A DNA stretch of 63,986 bases, the filler included, from Lama guanicoe (taxonomy: Eukaryota): NCBI GenBank assembly GCA_013239625.1. It is 80 parts of 78 records of this genome, joined end to end, with 100 filler letters (N's around TTAATTAATTAA, not from the genome) between each part and the next. Parts side by side here need not be neighbours in the genome. Positions count along the whole stretch, not along the records: positions 47,456 to 48,394 come from PNXV01005666.1; positions 48,495 to 49,981 come from MU054146.1; positions 50,082 to 50,893 come from MU054149.1; positions 50,994 to 51,486 come from PNXV01005678.1; positions 51,587 to 52,540 come from PNXV01005688.1; positions 52,641 to 53,120 come from PNXV01005689.1; positions 53,221 to 54,032 come from MU054153.1; positions 54,133 to 54,720 come from MU054154.1; 72 more parts are not named here. One strand, 5' to 3'. A program made the position numbers and the translations under genes. Positions 47,456 to 60,339 of this stretch are shown here, piece after piece. The stretch's first letter is position 1. Every line of letters starts with the position of its first letter. The notes beneath the pieces are model-generated. The model had not been told where the DNA came from, did no database searches, and worked only from the letters and a program-made list of their open reading frames with translations.

Positions 47456-49981
47456 TCTCTAGCTCCCCCACGCACTGATTATGGTTCCGGAATCCTGAGC
47501 GTGGAGAGGTACCACCAAAGGACGGCAGTACGTAAGTTCTAACGGAATGCCTAAGCACATCTGCCCTGAGAGTTTTCCTAATGTCTCTCGGCCAGGGAAT
47601 GTTAGCGGGGGTTTCATGTATTCCCAGTTAGAGAGGTTGCCTCCCCAAGGTCAGGGAATGTATTTCTGGGACTTTCCCCTAAAAGGGAACACCTGTGACT
47701 GAAGAGAGCTGCGTGGAGTTGTCTCTCGAGTTCCCCACGCACTGACAATTTTTTCGGAAAGCTGAGTGTCGGGAGTTTCCACCAATGGTCGTCAGTGCGT
47801 GGGTTCTAATGGAAAGCCTAAGCTCGTCACCCCTGGATTTTCATAATGTCTCTGTGCCAGGGAGCACGAAGGATGTTTACAAGAAATCCCAGAGACAGAG
47901 GCTGCCTCCATAAGGACAAGGAAGTTATTTCTCGGACTTCCCACTGACCGGGAAGACCTGTGACTGAAGTGAGCTGAGTGGAGTTGTCTCTCGAGCTCCC
48001 CCACGCACTGATTACAGTTCCGGAATCCTGAGCGTGGGGAGGTTCCACCAACGGTCGGCAGCCCGTGGGTTCTAACGGATTGCCTAAGCTCGTCTTCCCT
48101 GAGTGTTTTCCAAATGTCAGGATTCCAGGTAATGCTAGGGATCTGCGCTGCAATTCCCAGGGTTAGTGGCTGCCACCCCAAGGTCGAGGAAAATATTACA
48201 GGGAACACCTGTGAGTTAAGAGAGTTGAGTGGACTTCTCTCTCGAGCTCCCCCACGCACTGACAATTTTTCCAGAATCCTGAGAGTGGGGAGGTTCCACC
48301 AACGGTCGTCAGCGGGTGGGTTCTAACGAAATGCCTAAGCTCACTTGCCCTGAATGTTTTCCTAATGTCTCTGTGCCCGGGAACGCCCGGTGGGNNNNNN
48401 NNNNNNNNNNNNNNNNNNNNNNNNNNNNNNNNNNNNNNTTAATTAATTAANNNNNNNNNNNNNNNNNNNNNNNNNNNNNNNNNNNNNNNNNNNNCGTCAG
48501 CGCGTCGGTTCTAACGGAAAGCCTAAGCTCGTCTCCCCTGATGTTTTTCCTAATTTCTCTGTGCCAGGGAATACTAGGGGGGTTTGCAGGATATCCCAGT
48601 GACAGAGGCTGCCTCCCCAAGGTCAGGGAAGGTATTTCTCGGACTTCCCCGAACAGGGAACACCTGTGACTGAAGAGAGCTGCGTGGANNNNNNNNNNNN
48701 NNNNNNNNNNNNNNNNNNNNNNNNNNNNNNNNNNNNNNNNNNNNNNNNNNNNNNNNNNNNNNNNNNNNNNNNNNNNNNNNNNNNNNNNNNNNNNNNNNNN
48801 NNNNNNNNNNNNNNNNNNNNNNNNNNNNNNNNNNNNNNNNNNNNNNNNNNNNNNNNNNNNNNNNNNNNNNNNNNNNNNNNNNNNNNNNNNNNNNNNNNNN
48901 NNNNNNNNNNNNNNNNNNNNNNNNNNNNNNNNNNNNNNNNNNNNNNNNNNNNNNNNNNNNNNNNNNNNNNNNNNNNNNNNNNNNNNNNNNNNNNNNNNNN
49001 NNNNNNNNNNNNNNNNNNNNNNNNNNNNNNNNNNNNNNNNNNNNNNNNNNNNNNNNNNNNNNNNNNNNCTCGTCTCCCCTGAGGGTTTTCCTAATGTCTC
49101 TGAGCCAGGGAATGCTAGGGGGGCTTGCAGGGTATCCCAGTGACAGAGGCTGCCTCCCCAAAGTCAGGGAAGGTATTTCTCGGACTTCCCCGAACAGGGA
49201 AAACGTGTGAATGAAGAGAGTGGCGTGGAGTTTTCTCTCGATATCCCCCACGCACTGACAATGTTTCCGGATTCCTGAGCGTGTGGATGTTCCAACAACG
49301 GTCGGCAGCGCGTGGGTTTTAACGGAAAGCCTAAGCTCGTCTCCCCTGAGGGTTTTCCTAATTTCTCTGTGCCAGGGAATGCTAGCGGGGTTTGCAGGAT
49401 ATCCCAGTGACAGAGGCTGCCTCCCCAAAGTCAGGGAAGGTATTTCTCGGCCTTCCCAGAACAGGGAACACCTGTGACTGAAGAGAGNNNNNNNNNNNNN
49501 NNNNNNNNNNNNNNNNNNNNNNNNNNNNNNNNNNNNNNNNNNNNNNNNNNNNNNNNNNNNNNNNNNNNNNNNNNNNNNNNNNNNNNNNNNNNNNNNNNNN
49601 NNNNNNNNNNNNNNNNNNNNNNNNNNNNNNNNNNNNNNNNNNNNNNNNNNNNNNNNNNNNNNNNNNNNNNNNNNNNNNNNNNNNNNNNNNNNNNNNNNNN
49701 NNNNNNNNNNNNNNNNNNNNNNNNNNNNNNNNNNNNNNNNNNNNNNNNNNNNNNNNNNNNNNNNNNNNNNNNNNNNNNNNNNNNNNNNNNNNNNNNNNNN
49801 NNNNNNNNNNNNNNNNNNNNNNNNNNNNNNNNNNNNNNNNNNNNNNNNNNNNNNNNNNNNNNNNNNNNNNNNNNNNNNNNNNNNNNNNNNNNGTCTCTTT
49901 GCAATGCTAGGGGGATTTGCAGGATATATATGAGTGACAGAGGCTGCCTCCCCAAGGTCAGGGATAGTGTTTCTCGGACTT
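47456..49981 (+). repeat. 267-bp GC-rich satellite, subfamily 1 (two scaffolds)
   Basis: CTCGTCTCCCCTGAGGGTTTTCCTAAT at 49069 and 49336 (period 267). Confidence 0.95.
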
Positions 49982-50779
49982 NNNNNNNNNNNNNNNNNNN
50001 NNNNNNNNNNNNNNNNNNNNNNNNNTTAATTAATTAANNNNNNNNNNNNNNNNNNNNNNNNNNNNNNNNNNNNNNNNNNNNTTTTTTTGCCAATCTGAAA
50101 GATACAAAAGAGCATTTTGATTTAATACCCATTTCTGTGATTATTAGTGAAGTGAAACATCTTTGAAACTGTTTATTGGACATCAGCATTTCTTATGTCA
50201 ATTGCTTATATCAGTCCTTTAGGCATGTCTGATTTTCACAGGCCTCAAAGAAAAGAATGCAAATCACAGCCCTTTAAGTCAGTTCTTCTCCGCATGTCCT
50301 GCTTATTAGCATCATCACCTGCTCAGAGTTGGCCTTCACGTCTCTCAACTTCTCCATCCACTTGGACACCCAGTTATGGTTTAACTTCTGAAATGTTTCT
50401 CAGATAGGTTCCTCTTCTCCATTTCTTCAATCACTGATCTAGTCCAGCATCCTTTCTTCCTTTACTTTTGTCGGCTCTGAACTGGTAACCAAAGGCCACG
50501 GATTCCAGTGCATCCGGAGGCAGAGCCCTGAGGCCAGGGGTCACGTTTCCCCAGGTCCCATAAAAGTCATCATGATTGGACTGGCTGGGCTATTACTCAT
50601 CTTTGTATCGCTGGTGCCTGACACATAGTAAGTACTTGACAAACAAAGGATGGAATTGCTTTTCTCGTCTCTGGTTTTTCTCATCTTCTAGATTGTTATC
50701 AGAATTCTCTCTTCAAAACACAAACATGATTGCCATTCTCTCCTTTTAAGAATTGTTGCTTGTGCCCCATTTACTGTAG

Positions 50780-50893
50780 CTGGATTTCTCACAGTACTGT
50801 TTACATTTGGCCCAGATAATTCTTTAATGTAGGGGGATGTCCTGTGCCCTGTAGGGTGTTTAGCAGCATCCTTGGCCTCTACCTACAGATGTC
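50780..50893 (+). mobile_element. MER20 (hAT-Charlie) fragment
   Basis: CATTTGGCCCAGATAATTCTTT..GGGGGATGTCCTGTGCCCTGTAGGGTGTTTAGCAGCATCCTTGGCCTCTACC. Confidence 0.75.
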
Positions 50894-50993
50894 NNNNNNN
50901 NNNNNNNNNNNNNNNNNNNNNNNNNNNNNNNNNNNNNTTAATTAATTAANNNNNNNNNNNNNNNNNNNNNNNNNNNNNNNNNNNNNNNNNNNN

Positions 50994-51486
50994 TTTCTCT
51001 ATTCTATATTCTGATTTCTACATTCTATATTCTAAATTCCATGTTCAGTATTCTGTATTCTATATTCTTAATTCTGTGTTCTACATTCTATACTCTAAAA
51101 CTATACTCAGTATTCTGTATTCTATTTTCAAAATTCTGTGTTCTAAATTCCATGTTCTAAATTCTGGCTTCTATATTCTCTTTTCTATTTTCTATATTTT
51201 GCGTTCTTCATTCTATATTCTACAATCAATATTCTGCATTCCGTATTCTAATCTATTTTCTATATTCTGTGTTTTACATTGTATATTCAAAATTCTATAT
51301 TCAGTATTGTGTATTCTATATCCTAATTTTTGTGTTCTTCATTCCATGTTCTAAATCTGTATTCATAATTCCATATTCTATGTTCAAAATTCTGTGTTCC
51401 ACATTCTATGTTCTAAATTTTATACTCAGTATTCCGCATTATATATTCTATATTTTCTGTTCTACATTTTATATTCTAAATTCTAT
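50994..51486 (-). repeat. AT-rich heptamer-derived satellite
   Basis: Same family, antisense. Confidence 0.92.
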
Positions 51487-53220
51487 NNNNNNNNNNNNNN
51501 NNNNNNNNNNNNNNNNNNNNNNNNNNNNNNTTAATTAATTAANNNNNNNNNNNNNNNNNNNNNNNNNNNNNNNNNNNNNNNNNNNNCAACTAGAGCAGTA
51601 TCAGCTGTAGGAAGGCGAAAAGAGCTCATGGGAGACTTCAAGGGGCACCTGATTTAGTTTCAATCGATAAAACAATAACACACTCTAAAAATACTAGCAT
51701 ACAATGGATTTGCTGTTTCTTGACATCTAGCAAGTTTCCGCAGCCCACATGTAACATTATCGTGAACCAATGAAAGAAAGAGTCCACAGACAGGAAAAAT
51801 CAATGCCACAGGAATGCTGAAACCCAGGCTGGAGGAAAGGAAAAGAAAGGGCATAGTTAAGAATTGGGAAAGGCTGGGGAAAAAAAATCATCACAATGAC
51901 TCTCAAGCATCATCCTAGAATCATATAATCATTCATTCAAGAGAGAGTTACTGAGATCCTATTCTGTGCAAGATTGTACAGCAGGCAAAGCAAGAGCAAA
52001 GCATCCATGGTGGCAGCAAGTTGTGGGGCTCAAATACACTTCTGATCCTGGTACCTTGCACACTTGTGCTCAGTATAAAGGCAAAGAAAAAAAAAGTAAA
52101 ATAATACTCTGTAAACTCAAAGCATTATTGAAACAAAAGTTAAAGAAGACCTAAATACCAGGACAGACACTCCACGCACATGCCTCTATCAAAAGACAGT
52201 GCTCTTGGGATGGCAGTGCTCCCCACGGCGATCCGTATACTCAACATGGCTTCGATCACAATCCCTGCAGGCTCCTCTGCAGTAACAACTGACTAGCGCT
52301 GCTACAATTCATATGGGAATTTGAGGGTCTCAGTAACCAAAACGTACTTGGAAAAGAAGAACAACGTGAGATGACTTGTAATTCTCAATTTAAAACCTTA
52401 CAACTGTATCTCTAGGTGAGATTAGAGGCCATTGTGAAGTGATTGCTATGTTTATCTTTATTTTCTAAATTATCTACAATGAATATAACTATTACAATAA
52501 GAAAAATGAAAAGTAATTTATCCTTTAAAACATGCACACCNNNNNNNNNNNNNNNNNNNNNNNNNNNNNNNNNNNNNNNNNNNNTTAATTAATTAANNNN
52601 NNNNNNNNNNNNNNNNNNNNNNNNNNNNNNNNNNNNNNNNATAATCTCAGATGAATACGCAGTGTGAAATTTTGATGCCTACAGAAGCAATGTGCTTTTA
52701 AGATGATGAAAGTTTAAGGCATGATAAAACACTAATTTTATTAGTAACTTTATGTATTATTTATTAGAATCACTTATTTATTAGTATATTTATCTAGGAT
52801 AAGAATATCATGACTCAAGTTTACTTGCTGCAGAAACAATCATGAGAAATGACATGGGAATATGTGAATGTTGACTTTCCATTTTTCCTTCTGCTTCTAT
52901 TGAGATATAAATGGTGTAGAATATTGTGTAAGTTTAGGTGCACAGGATAGTGATTTGATTTACAAGTATCATGAAATAAATATCATAGCAACTTTAGGGA
53001 GAATTCAATATCTCATTTAGATACAATATTAATGTGATACAATATCCTTTTGGTTGTGTTGAGTAAAGTTAGGGTCTTCTCCCTTAACAATATTCATATA
53101 TAACATAAAGCAGTATTAATNNNNNNNNNNNNNNNNNNNNNNNNNNNNNNNNNNNNNNNNNNNNTTAATTAATTAANNNNNNNNNNNNNNNNNNNNNNNN
53201 NNNNNNNNNNNNNNNNNNNN

Positions 53221-54032
53221 CCATCAGGTAAGACAAGCTAAGGGATTCTATTAGAACCCAGGCGCTGTTGTCAGTTAGAGGAGACCCCCCACACTCAGGA
53301 TACCTGAACAAGTCTTTGTGTGTGTGCTGTTGTTGGAGATACATAGTCCATGCAACTTTATGGGGGCACAGGTGTTCCCAGGGAGGAAATGTACTTTAAA
53401 CACCTCCACTGCCCATAGAGAGGCACTCGCTATTACTTGGCTTTAGAGCCCAACCCCCACCTTCGCTCCCATCACGTCCTTGGAAATCACTCAGGGAAGA
53501 TAACCTAAGGGATCCTATTAGATCCCAGATGCTGCTGTCAGTGGGAGTTGCCTCCCCACACTCAGGATACCAGAACAATTCTTCATGTGTGTGCTGGAGG
53601 TGGGGAAACAGAGTCCACGCATTTTTCAAGGAGCACAGGTATTCCCAGGTTGTGGGATTTTGGTGAATAATTTCCTCTTCCCATGNNNNNNNNNNNNNNN
53701 NNNNNNNNNNNNNNNNNNNNNNNNNNNNNNNNNNNNNNNNNNNNNNNNNNNNNNNNNNNNNNNNNNNNNNNNNNNNNNNNNNNNNNNNNNNNNNNNNNNN
53801 NNNNNNNNNNNNNNNNNNNNNNNNNNNNNNNNNNNNNNNNNNNNNNNNNNNNNNNNNNNNNNNNNNNNNNNNNNNNNNNNNNNNNNNNNNNNNNNNNNNN
53901 NNNNNNNNNNNNNNNNNNNNNNNNNNNNNNNNNNNNNNNNNNNNNNNNNNNNNNNNNNNNNNNNNNNNNTCCACTGCCAAAATATAGGAACTCGCTAATA
54001 CTTGGTATTAGAGCACAACCCATAACTTCGCT
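53221..54032 (-). repeat. 267-bp satellite, divergent subfamily 2
   Basis: AGA(A/T)CCCAG..GCTG.TGTCAGT at 53253 and 53520 (period 267). Confidence 0.85.
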
Positions 54033-54132
54033 NNNNNNNNNNNNNNNNNNNNNNNNNNNNNNNNNNNNNNNNNNNNTTAATTAATTAANNNNNNNNNNNN
54101 NNNNNNNNNNNNNNNNNNNNNNNNNNNNNNNN

Positions 54133-54720
54133 GAATTGGGCTCTAAAACTAAGTATCAGCGTGTGCCTCTCTATGGGTAGTAGAGATGAATAAACTACAA
54201 CCCACAACTTGGGAATTACTGTGACCCCTGAAAAATGCGTGTNNNNNNNNNNNNNNNNNNNNNNNNNNNNNNNNNNNNNNNNNNNNNNNNNNNNNNNNNN
54301 NNNNNNNNNNNNNNNNNNNNNNNNNNNNNNNNNNNNNNNNNNNNNNNNNNNNNNNNNNNNNNNNNNNNNNNNNNNNNNNNNNNNNNNNNNNNNNNNNNNN
54401 NNNNNNNNNNNNNNNNNNNNNNNNNNNNNNNNNNNNNNTAAAGTATATCCCCAAGCTGGGAACACCTGTGCCCCCATAAAGATGTGTGGACTCAGTTTCC
54501 CTCCTCCAGCACACACACGATATCAGGCTCAGATATTTTGAGTGTTGGGAGGTTCCTCCAACTAAGAGCAGCGCCTGTGTTCTAATACAATACATTTACT
54601 TGTCTTCAATGATTGCTTGCCAAGGGCGGTGTGCTGGGGATAGGGTGGGTTGGGATGTAAATCCAGGTATCAGCGAGTGCTTCTCCATGGGAAGAGGAAA
54701 CTATCCACCGAAATCCCACA
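54133..54720 (+). repeat. 267-bp satellite, divergent subfamily 2 (opposite orientation to 53221-54032)
   Basis: GGGAACACCTGTGCCCCCATAAAG..GTGTGGA and GGGAGGTTCCTCCAACT..CAGCGCCTGTGTTCTAATA. Confidence 0.8.
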
Positions 54721-54820
54721 NNNNNNNNNNNNNNNNNNNNNNNNNNNNNNNNNNNNNNNNNNNNTTAATTAATTAANNNNNNNNNNNNNNNNNNNNNNNN
54801 NNNNNNNNNNNNNNNNNNNN

Positions 54821-55735
54821 TGGATCTAGAGGTAATCATACTAAGTGCAGTAAGTCAAGCAGAGAAAGACAAATACCTGATTTCACTTACATGTGGGATC
54901 TTTAAAATTAAAACAAGGAAGAAAGAGACTCATAGACATGGAAAACCAATGTAGAGTTACCAAAGGGGAAGGGGAAGAGGGATAATTTAGGAGTTTCGGA
55001 TTCACAGATAAAGACAACTATCTATAAAATAAACAACAAGTTTCTACTGTAGAGCACAGGAAACTGCATTCAATATTTTGAAACAACCTATAATGAAAAA
55101 GAATATATATTTCTATGTATGTATAATTGAATCACTATGCTGTACACCAGAACACAACATTGTAAATCAACTAACCTTCAACTAAAACAAATGGGTGAAG
55201 GATTTTAAAAGATATTTCTTCAAAAAAGATACTTAAATAGCCAAAAAGCATATAAATAGAAGCTCAGCATCTTTAGTTATTAGGGGATGCAAATTAAAAC
55301 CATCATGTGACATACCACATCACCTCACAACTATTAGGATCTAAAAAAATTTTTTTAAACAAATGTTGGCAAATATGTGAAAAAATTGGAAACTTTACGT
55401 ACTGTTGGTAGGAATATACAATGGTGCAGCTGCTATGGAAAACAGCTTATCAATTCCTCAAGAAACTAAAAATAATATCACTACACATGAAAAAATAAAT
55501 TGTGTCACTACCTATGGTGGTGAATGTTAACTAGACTTATTATTGTGATCATCTCACAATGTATACAGATATTGAATCATGATGATGTACACCTGAAACT
55601 AATACAATGCTATTTGTGAATTCTATCACAATAAAAAAAAACTAGTAATATACAGACTAAAAATTACATATGATCTAGCAATTCCCCCTCTGGGTATATA
55701 CCCAATATAACTGAAAGCAGGATCTGAAAGAAATA
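54821..55735 (+). mobile_element. Adjacent or nested LINE-1 3' fragments
   Basis: An L1 3' UTR (54821-55190) followed by older L1 ORF2 3' sequence that is interrupted by another L1 3' end with an A-tail (about 55490-55640). Confidence 0.8.
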
Positions 55736-56302
55736 NNNNNNNNNNNNNNNNNNNNNNNNNNNNNNNNNNNNNNNNNNNNTTAATTAATTAANNNNNNNNN
55801 NNNNNNNNNNNNNNNNNNNNNNNNNNNNNNNNNNNGAGCATCCTGCCTCATGGTAGCAAGGTTCACAGGGTCACCCCTTCCACAACTCACACCTGCCTTT
55901 CGCATTGTTCCTATTTCTTCTGGCTGATGGTTTCTGCCTAGTTCCTTGAGTGACCTCGTGGAAAATCACTGCCTTGAATTCAGGATGAATTTGCTGATCT
56001 GGAGTATCGGTAGAACACAGATCCCCTAAATCTCCAATGTCTTTGTCCATTTCTGTACATTTGCTTGGGCTCTGTTTCTCTTTGATTGAACTTGGTTTTG
56101 AGCTCTCGGTTGCCTTTAAATGGTTGCATCTCAAAATAGATTTCCATAGGAAACGTCATCTTTTCTATTATGCATGGCACACTTTTATCTACTAGAAGGC
56201 TGNNNNNNNNNNNNNNNNNNNNNNNNNNNNNNNNNNNNNNNNNNNNTTAATTAATTAANNNNNNNNNNNNNNNNNNNNNNNNNNNNNNNNNNNNNNNNNN
56301 NN

Positions 56303-56431
56303 GTCCTTGGGATCCCAGACCAGTACTCACGCTCCAACTCGGGGAACATGGTCACCCTGACCATCAGCGGAGTCCAGGCCGAGGACGAGGCTGACTATTA
56401 CTGTCAGTCATATGACAGCAGTGTTAATGCT
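56303..56431 (+). CDS. IGLV: Immunoglobulin lambda V segment 3' end (FR3-CDR3), germline, possibly a pseudogene
   Basis: From 56309: [41 protein letters not shown], with the conserved EDEADYYC. Followed directly by an RSS heptamer. Confidence 0.92.
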
Positions 56432-56470
56432 CACAGTGACACAAGCACATGGGGAAATGGGGCTGAAACA
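56432..56470 (+). promoter_or_regulatory. V(D)J recombination signal sequence (23-RSS)
   Basis: Perfect heptamer CACAGTG (56432-56438), 23-bp spacer, and degenerate nonamer GCTGAAACA (56462-56470; 5/9 match to ACAAAAACC). Confidence 0.85.
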
Positions 56471-57821
56471 CACCTGCCTGGCCTGGCACTCACCCTAGTC
56501 CCCTCTGAGTAGTGGGATGTAGGGCTGAGGCCCAGGCATCATCTCGGATCCTGGCCCTGCTCACCCAGGGCTGGAGACTCTGTTGTTCAGGGCCTCAGAC
56601 TCTGTTGTTCAGGGCCTCGGCTTGTCCTGATGAAAAGGGTGAAGGTAGCTGTTCTGGGCTTCAAAGGCTGAGATCAGGTTTGGACAGAAAAGGAAAGGGT
56701 TAGGAGTCACGGTATATGACAGTAGCCCCAGATGCCATCACGTGTCTGCAGGACAGGGGGGCTGTGAGAGATGCCAGGGTTCTGGGGGAATCCCTCTCCT
56801 CCAGGGAGAACCCGCTGAATGAGGCCTGGGGCGAGGTCCTGTGCTTTCTTGGATCAAGAGTCCCCACCTCCTGGGGGCTGCCTAATGTGCGGAGAGGGCG
56901 GAGCCCCGGCCCCCAAACCCAGGGCCCTCCTCTCGTGAGATGTGACAGAAACTGAGGCAACAGTGTGGTCCCCACCTGGACTCCTCCTATGGACCTTCCC
57001 CTGGACACATCATCTTCTAGTCAGACCCTGGTCCAGAGCCCCCAAAACTACCATCTGATGGGTGCAGAACTTCTGTTTAGGGAGAGAAAGCTCCACGTAC
57101 AGATGGTGACGGCTGCACAACACTGTGAATTNNNNNNNNNNNNNNNNNNNNNNNNNNNNNNNNNNNNNNNNNNNNTTAATTAATTAANNNNNNNNNNNNN
57201 NNNNNNNNNNNNNNNNNNNNNNNNNNNNNNNGTTCGTTTCCTCTTGTATTTCCTTGAGAGGGATGTTACACCTTGAAATGTGAACATTGGCCAGTAGGTG
57301 TCATCGGGAGTAAGGGCACCACATGCACAAGTGGATCCAAGCTTGGGGGTTATTTCATGTTTCCATTAGTTATTTCATGGTTCCTGTTGGTTTCGGCGGC
57401 TTCAACAGTAAAGAGTTGACATGACCCCTATAACAGGTCGGACTGCTAGTTTGCATTATATCTGTCTATGTTTTCCTTAGAGCTGACAAAATGTTACCGA
57501 AATTGACAAGTCTGGCTTCTAGGTCGATTTAGTATGTTTCAGAAACTAACTTCATTTTCGTATAACTCCCAAAACATTTATATAAATTCTATTAAATATT
57601 TAAAGACTGCAAATGAGATATCAACACAAGGTCAAACTGGAGTCTTCGGACAATCCCTCCCACCACGGCTGGTTAGAAACAAAGAGATAAAAAAAAATCA
57701 CATTTCTGTGAAATGTATCTGNNNNNNNNNNNNNNNNNNNNNNNNNNNNNNNNNNNNNNNNNNNNTTAATTAATTAANNNNNNNNNNNNNNNNNNNNNNN
57801 NNNNNNNNNNNNNNNNNNNNN

Positions 57822-58800
57822 TAGAACACAGAATTTTAAATATAGAATACAGAATACTGAATATAGAATTGAGAATATAGAAAGCAGAACGCAGGATATA
57901 GATTAAAGAATAGAGATTTAGAACATGGAAAGCAGAACACAGAATTTAGAATATAGAATACAGAATACTGAATATAGAATTTAGTATATAGAAAGTAGAA
58001 AATAGATTATATATTTTAGAATAGATAATTTAGAACATGGAATGCAGAACACAGAATTAAGAATATAGAATACAGAATACTGAATATAGAATTTAGAATA
58101 TAGAATGCAGAACACAGAATTTAGAATATTGAATACAAAATGCTGAATATAGGATTAAGACTATAGAATATAGAACACAGAATTTAAAATATAGACCACA
58201 GAGTACTGAATATACGATTTAGAAATTGAAAATAAAACACAGAGTACAGAATATAGAATACAGAATATAGAATCAAAAATATATAACATGGAATGCAGAA
58301 CACAGAATTTAGAATATAGAGTACAGAGCACAGAATATAGAATTTAGAATATAGAAAATAGAACACAAAATATAGAATATAGAATAGAGAATTTAGAATA
58401 TTGAATGCAAAACACAGAATTTAGAATATAGAATACAAAACACTGAATATAGAATTTAGAATATCGAATGTAGAACACAGAATATAGATTATAGAATACG
58501 GAATGCAGAATATAGTATACAGATTACAGAATTTACAACACAGAATATAGAATATGGAAACAGAATACAAAACACAGAATTTAGAACATGGAATGCAGAA
58601 CACAGAAATTAGAATATAGAACACAGAATACTGAATATAGAATTTAGAATATAGAATGTAGAATACAGAATATAGAATATAGTATACGGAATGAAGATAT
58701 AGAATGTAGAATATAGAATGTATAACACAAAATATAAAATATAGAATAAAAAATATAGAAGCCAGAATTTAGAATATGGAATGCAAAACACAGAATTTAG
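57822..58800 (+). repeat. AT-rich heptamer-derived satellite
   Basis: (TAGAATA)n-like. Shares the rarer AGTA(T)ACGGAATG(A/C)AG landmarks with 2960-3180. Confidence 0.93.
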
Positions 58801-58900
58801 NNNNNNNNNNNNNNNNNNNNNNNNNNNNNNNNNNNNNNNNNNNNTTAATTAATTAANNNNNNNNNNNNNNNNNNNNNNNNNNNNNNNNNNNNNNNNNNNN

Positions 58901-59704
58901 TAGTGATGTTAATGCAGTGTTAAAATCTCCAAGTATGATTGTATTCCCACCAATATCCCCGTTTATCTTTGTTAGTAATTCTTGTATGTACTTAGGTGCT
59001 CCTATATTGGGTGCATATATATTAACGAGTGTAATATCTTCATCTTGTATCACTCCTTTAATCATTATAAAATATCCTTCTTTATCTTTCTTTATGGCCT
59101 TTGTTTTAAAGTCTATTTTNNNNNNNNNNNNNNNNNNNNNNNNNNNNNNNNNNNNNNNNNNNNNNNNNNNNNNNNNNNNNNNNNNNNNNNNNNNNNNNNN
59201 NNNNNNNNNNNNNNNNNNNNNNNNNNNNNNNNNNNNNNNNNNNNNNNNNNNNNNNNNNNNNNNNNNNNNNNNNNNNNNNNNNNNNNNNNNNNNNNNNNNN
59301 NNNNNNNNNNNNNNNNNNNNNNNNNNNNNNNNNNNNNNNNNNNNNNNNNNNNNNNNNNNNNNNNNNNNNNNNNNNNNNNNNNNNNNNNNNNNNNNNNNNN
59401 NNNNNNNNNNNNNNNNNNNNNNNNNNNNNNNNNNNNNNNNNNNNNNNNNNNNNNNNNNNNNNNNNNNNNNNNNNNNNNNNNNNNNNNNNNNNNNNNNNNN
59501 NNNNNNNNNNNNNNNNNNNNNNNNNNNNNNNNNNNNNNNNNNNNNNNNNNNNNNNTTACCCTTTTTTGTAAATCTATTAACCTATACCCATTTTTATTAA
59601 ACTGATAATAACATGATCTCAAACCCATCCTACTGTTAAATCATTTTAAAAAGAAGGAAAAAAAATTCTATATTTCCCTGCCTCCATCTCCCACTCTCAG
59701 TGAT
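58901..59704 (-). mobile_element. LINE-1 ORF2 endonuclease start / inter-ORF region
   Basis: MIKGVIQDEDITLVNIYAPNIGAPKYIQELLTKINGDIGGNTIILGDFNTALT is the L1 APE-like endonuclease. Confidence 0.95.
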
Positions 59705-59805
59705 TNNNNNNNNNNNNNNNNNNNNNNNNNNNNNNNNNNNNNNNNNNNNTTAATTAATTAANNNNNNNNNNNNNNNNNNNNNNNNNNNNNNNNNNNNNNN
59801 NNNNN

Positions 59806-60339
59806 TAAATTCTGTGTTCTGCATTCCATGTTCTAAGTTCTGGGTTCTATATACAATACTCTAAATTCTTTACTCTGTGTTCTAAATTCTATATTCTATA
59901 TTCAGTATTCCATATTCTATATTGTATTTTCTGGGTTCTGCTTTCCATGTTCTATAATCCATATTCGGTATAATGTATTCTATATACTAAATAATGAATT
60001 CTGCTTTCCATGCTCTAAATTCGGGGTTCTATATTTTCTATCCTATATTCTATATTCTGTGTTCATCTTTCTATATTCTATATTCTATATTCTGCATTCC
60101 GAAGTCTATATTCTATATTCTGTGTTCTACATTCTATGTGTTCTACATATTCTGTATTCAATATTCTACATTCCGTATCTAACTTTCCATATTCTGTGTT
60201 CTACATTCTATATTCAGTATTCTGTATTCTATATTGTAAATTCGATGTTCTACATTCCATGTTATTAATTATGGGTTCTATATTTTCTAGTCTATATTCT
60301 ATACTTTGGGTTCATCATTCTATATTCTATATTCTATAT
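59806..60339 (-). repeat. AT-rich heptamer-derived satellite
   Basis: Same family, antisense, more diverged. Confidence 0.9.

Noticed and set aside
48639..48653. CENP-B box in the 267-bp satellite (minus strand TTCGGGGAAGTCCGA)
   Set aside because: Only 7 of the 9 core positions of TTCGNNNNANNCGGG match, so it is not a canonical box.
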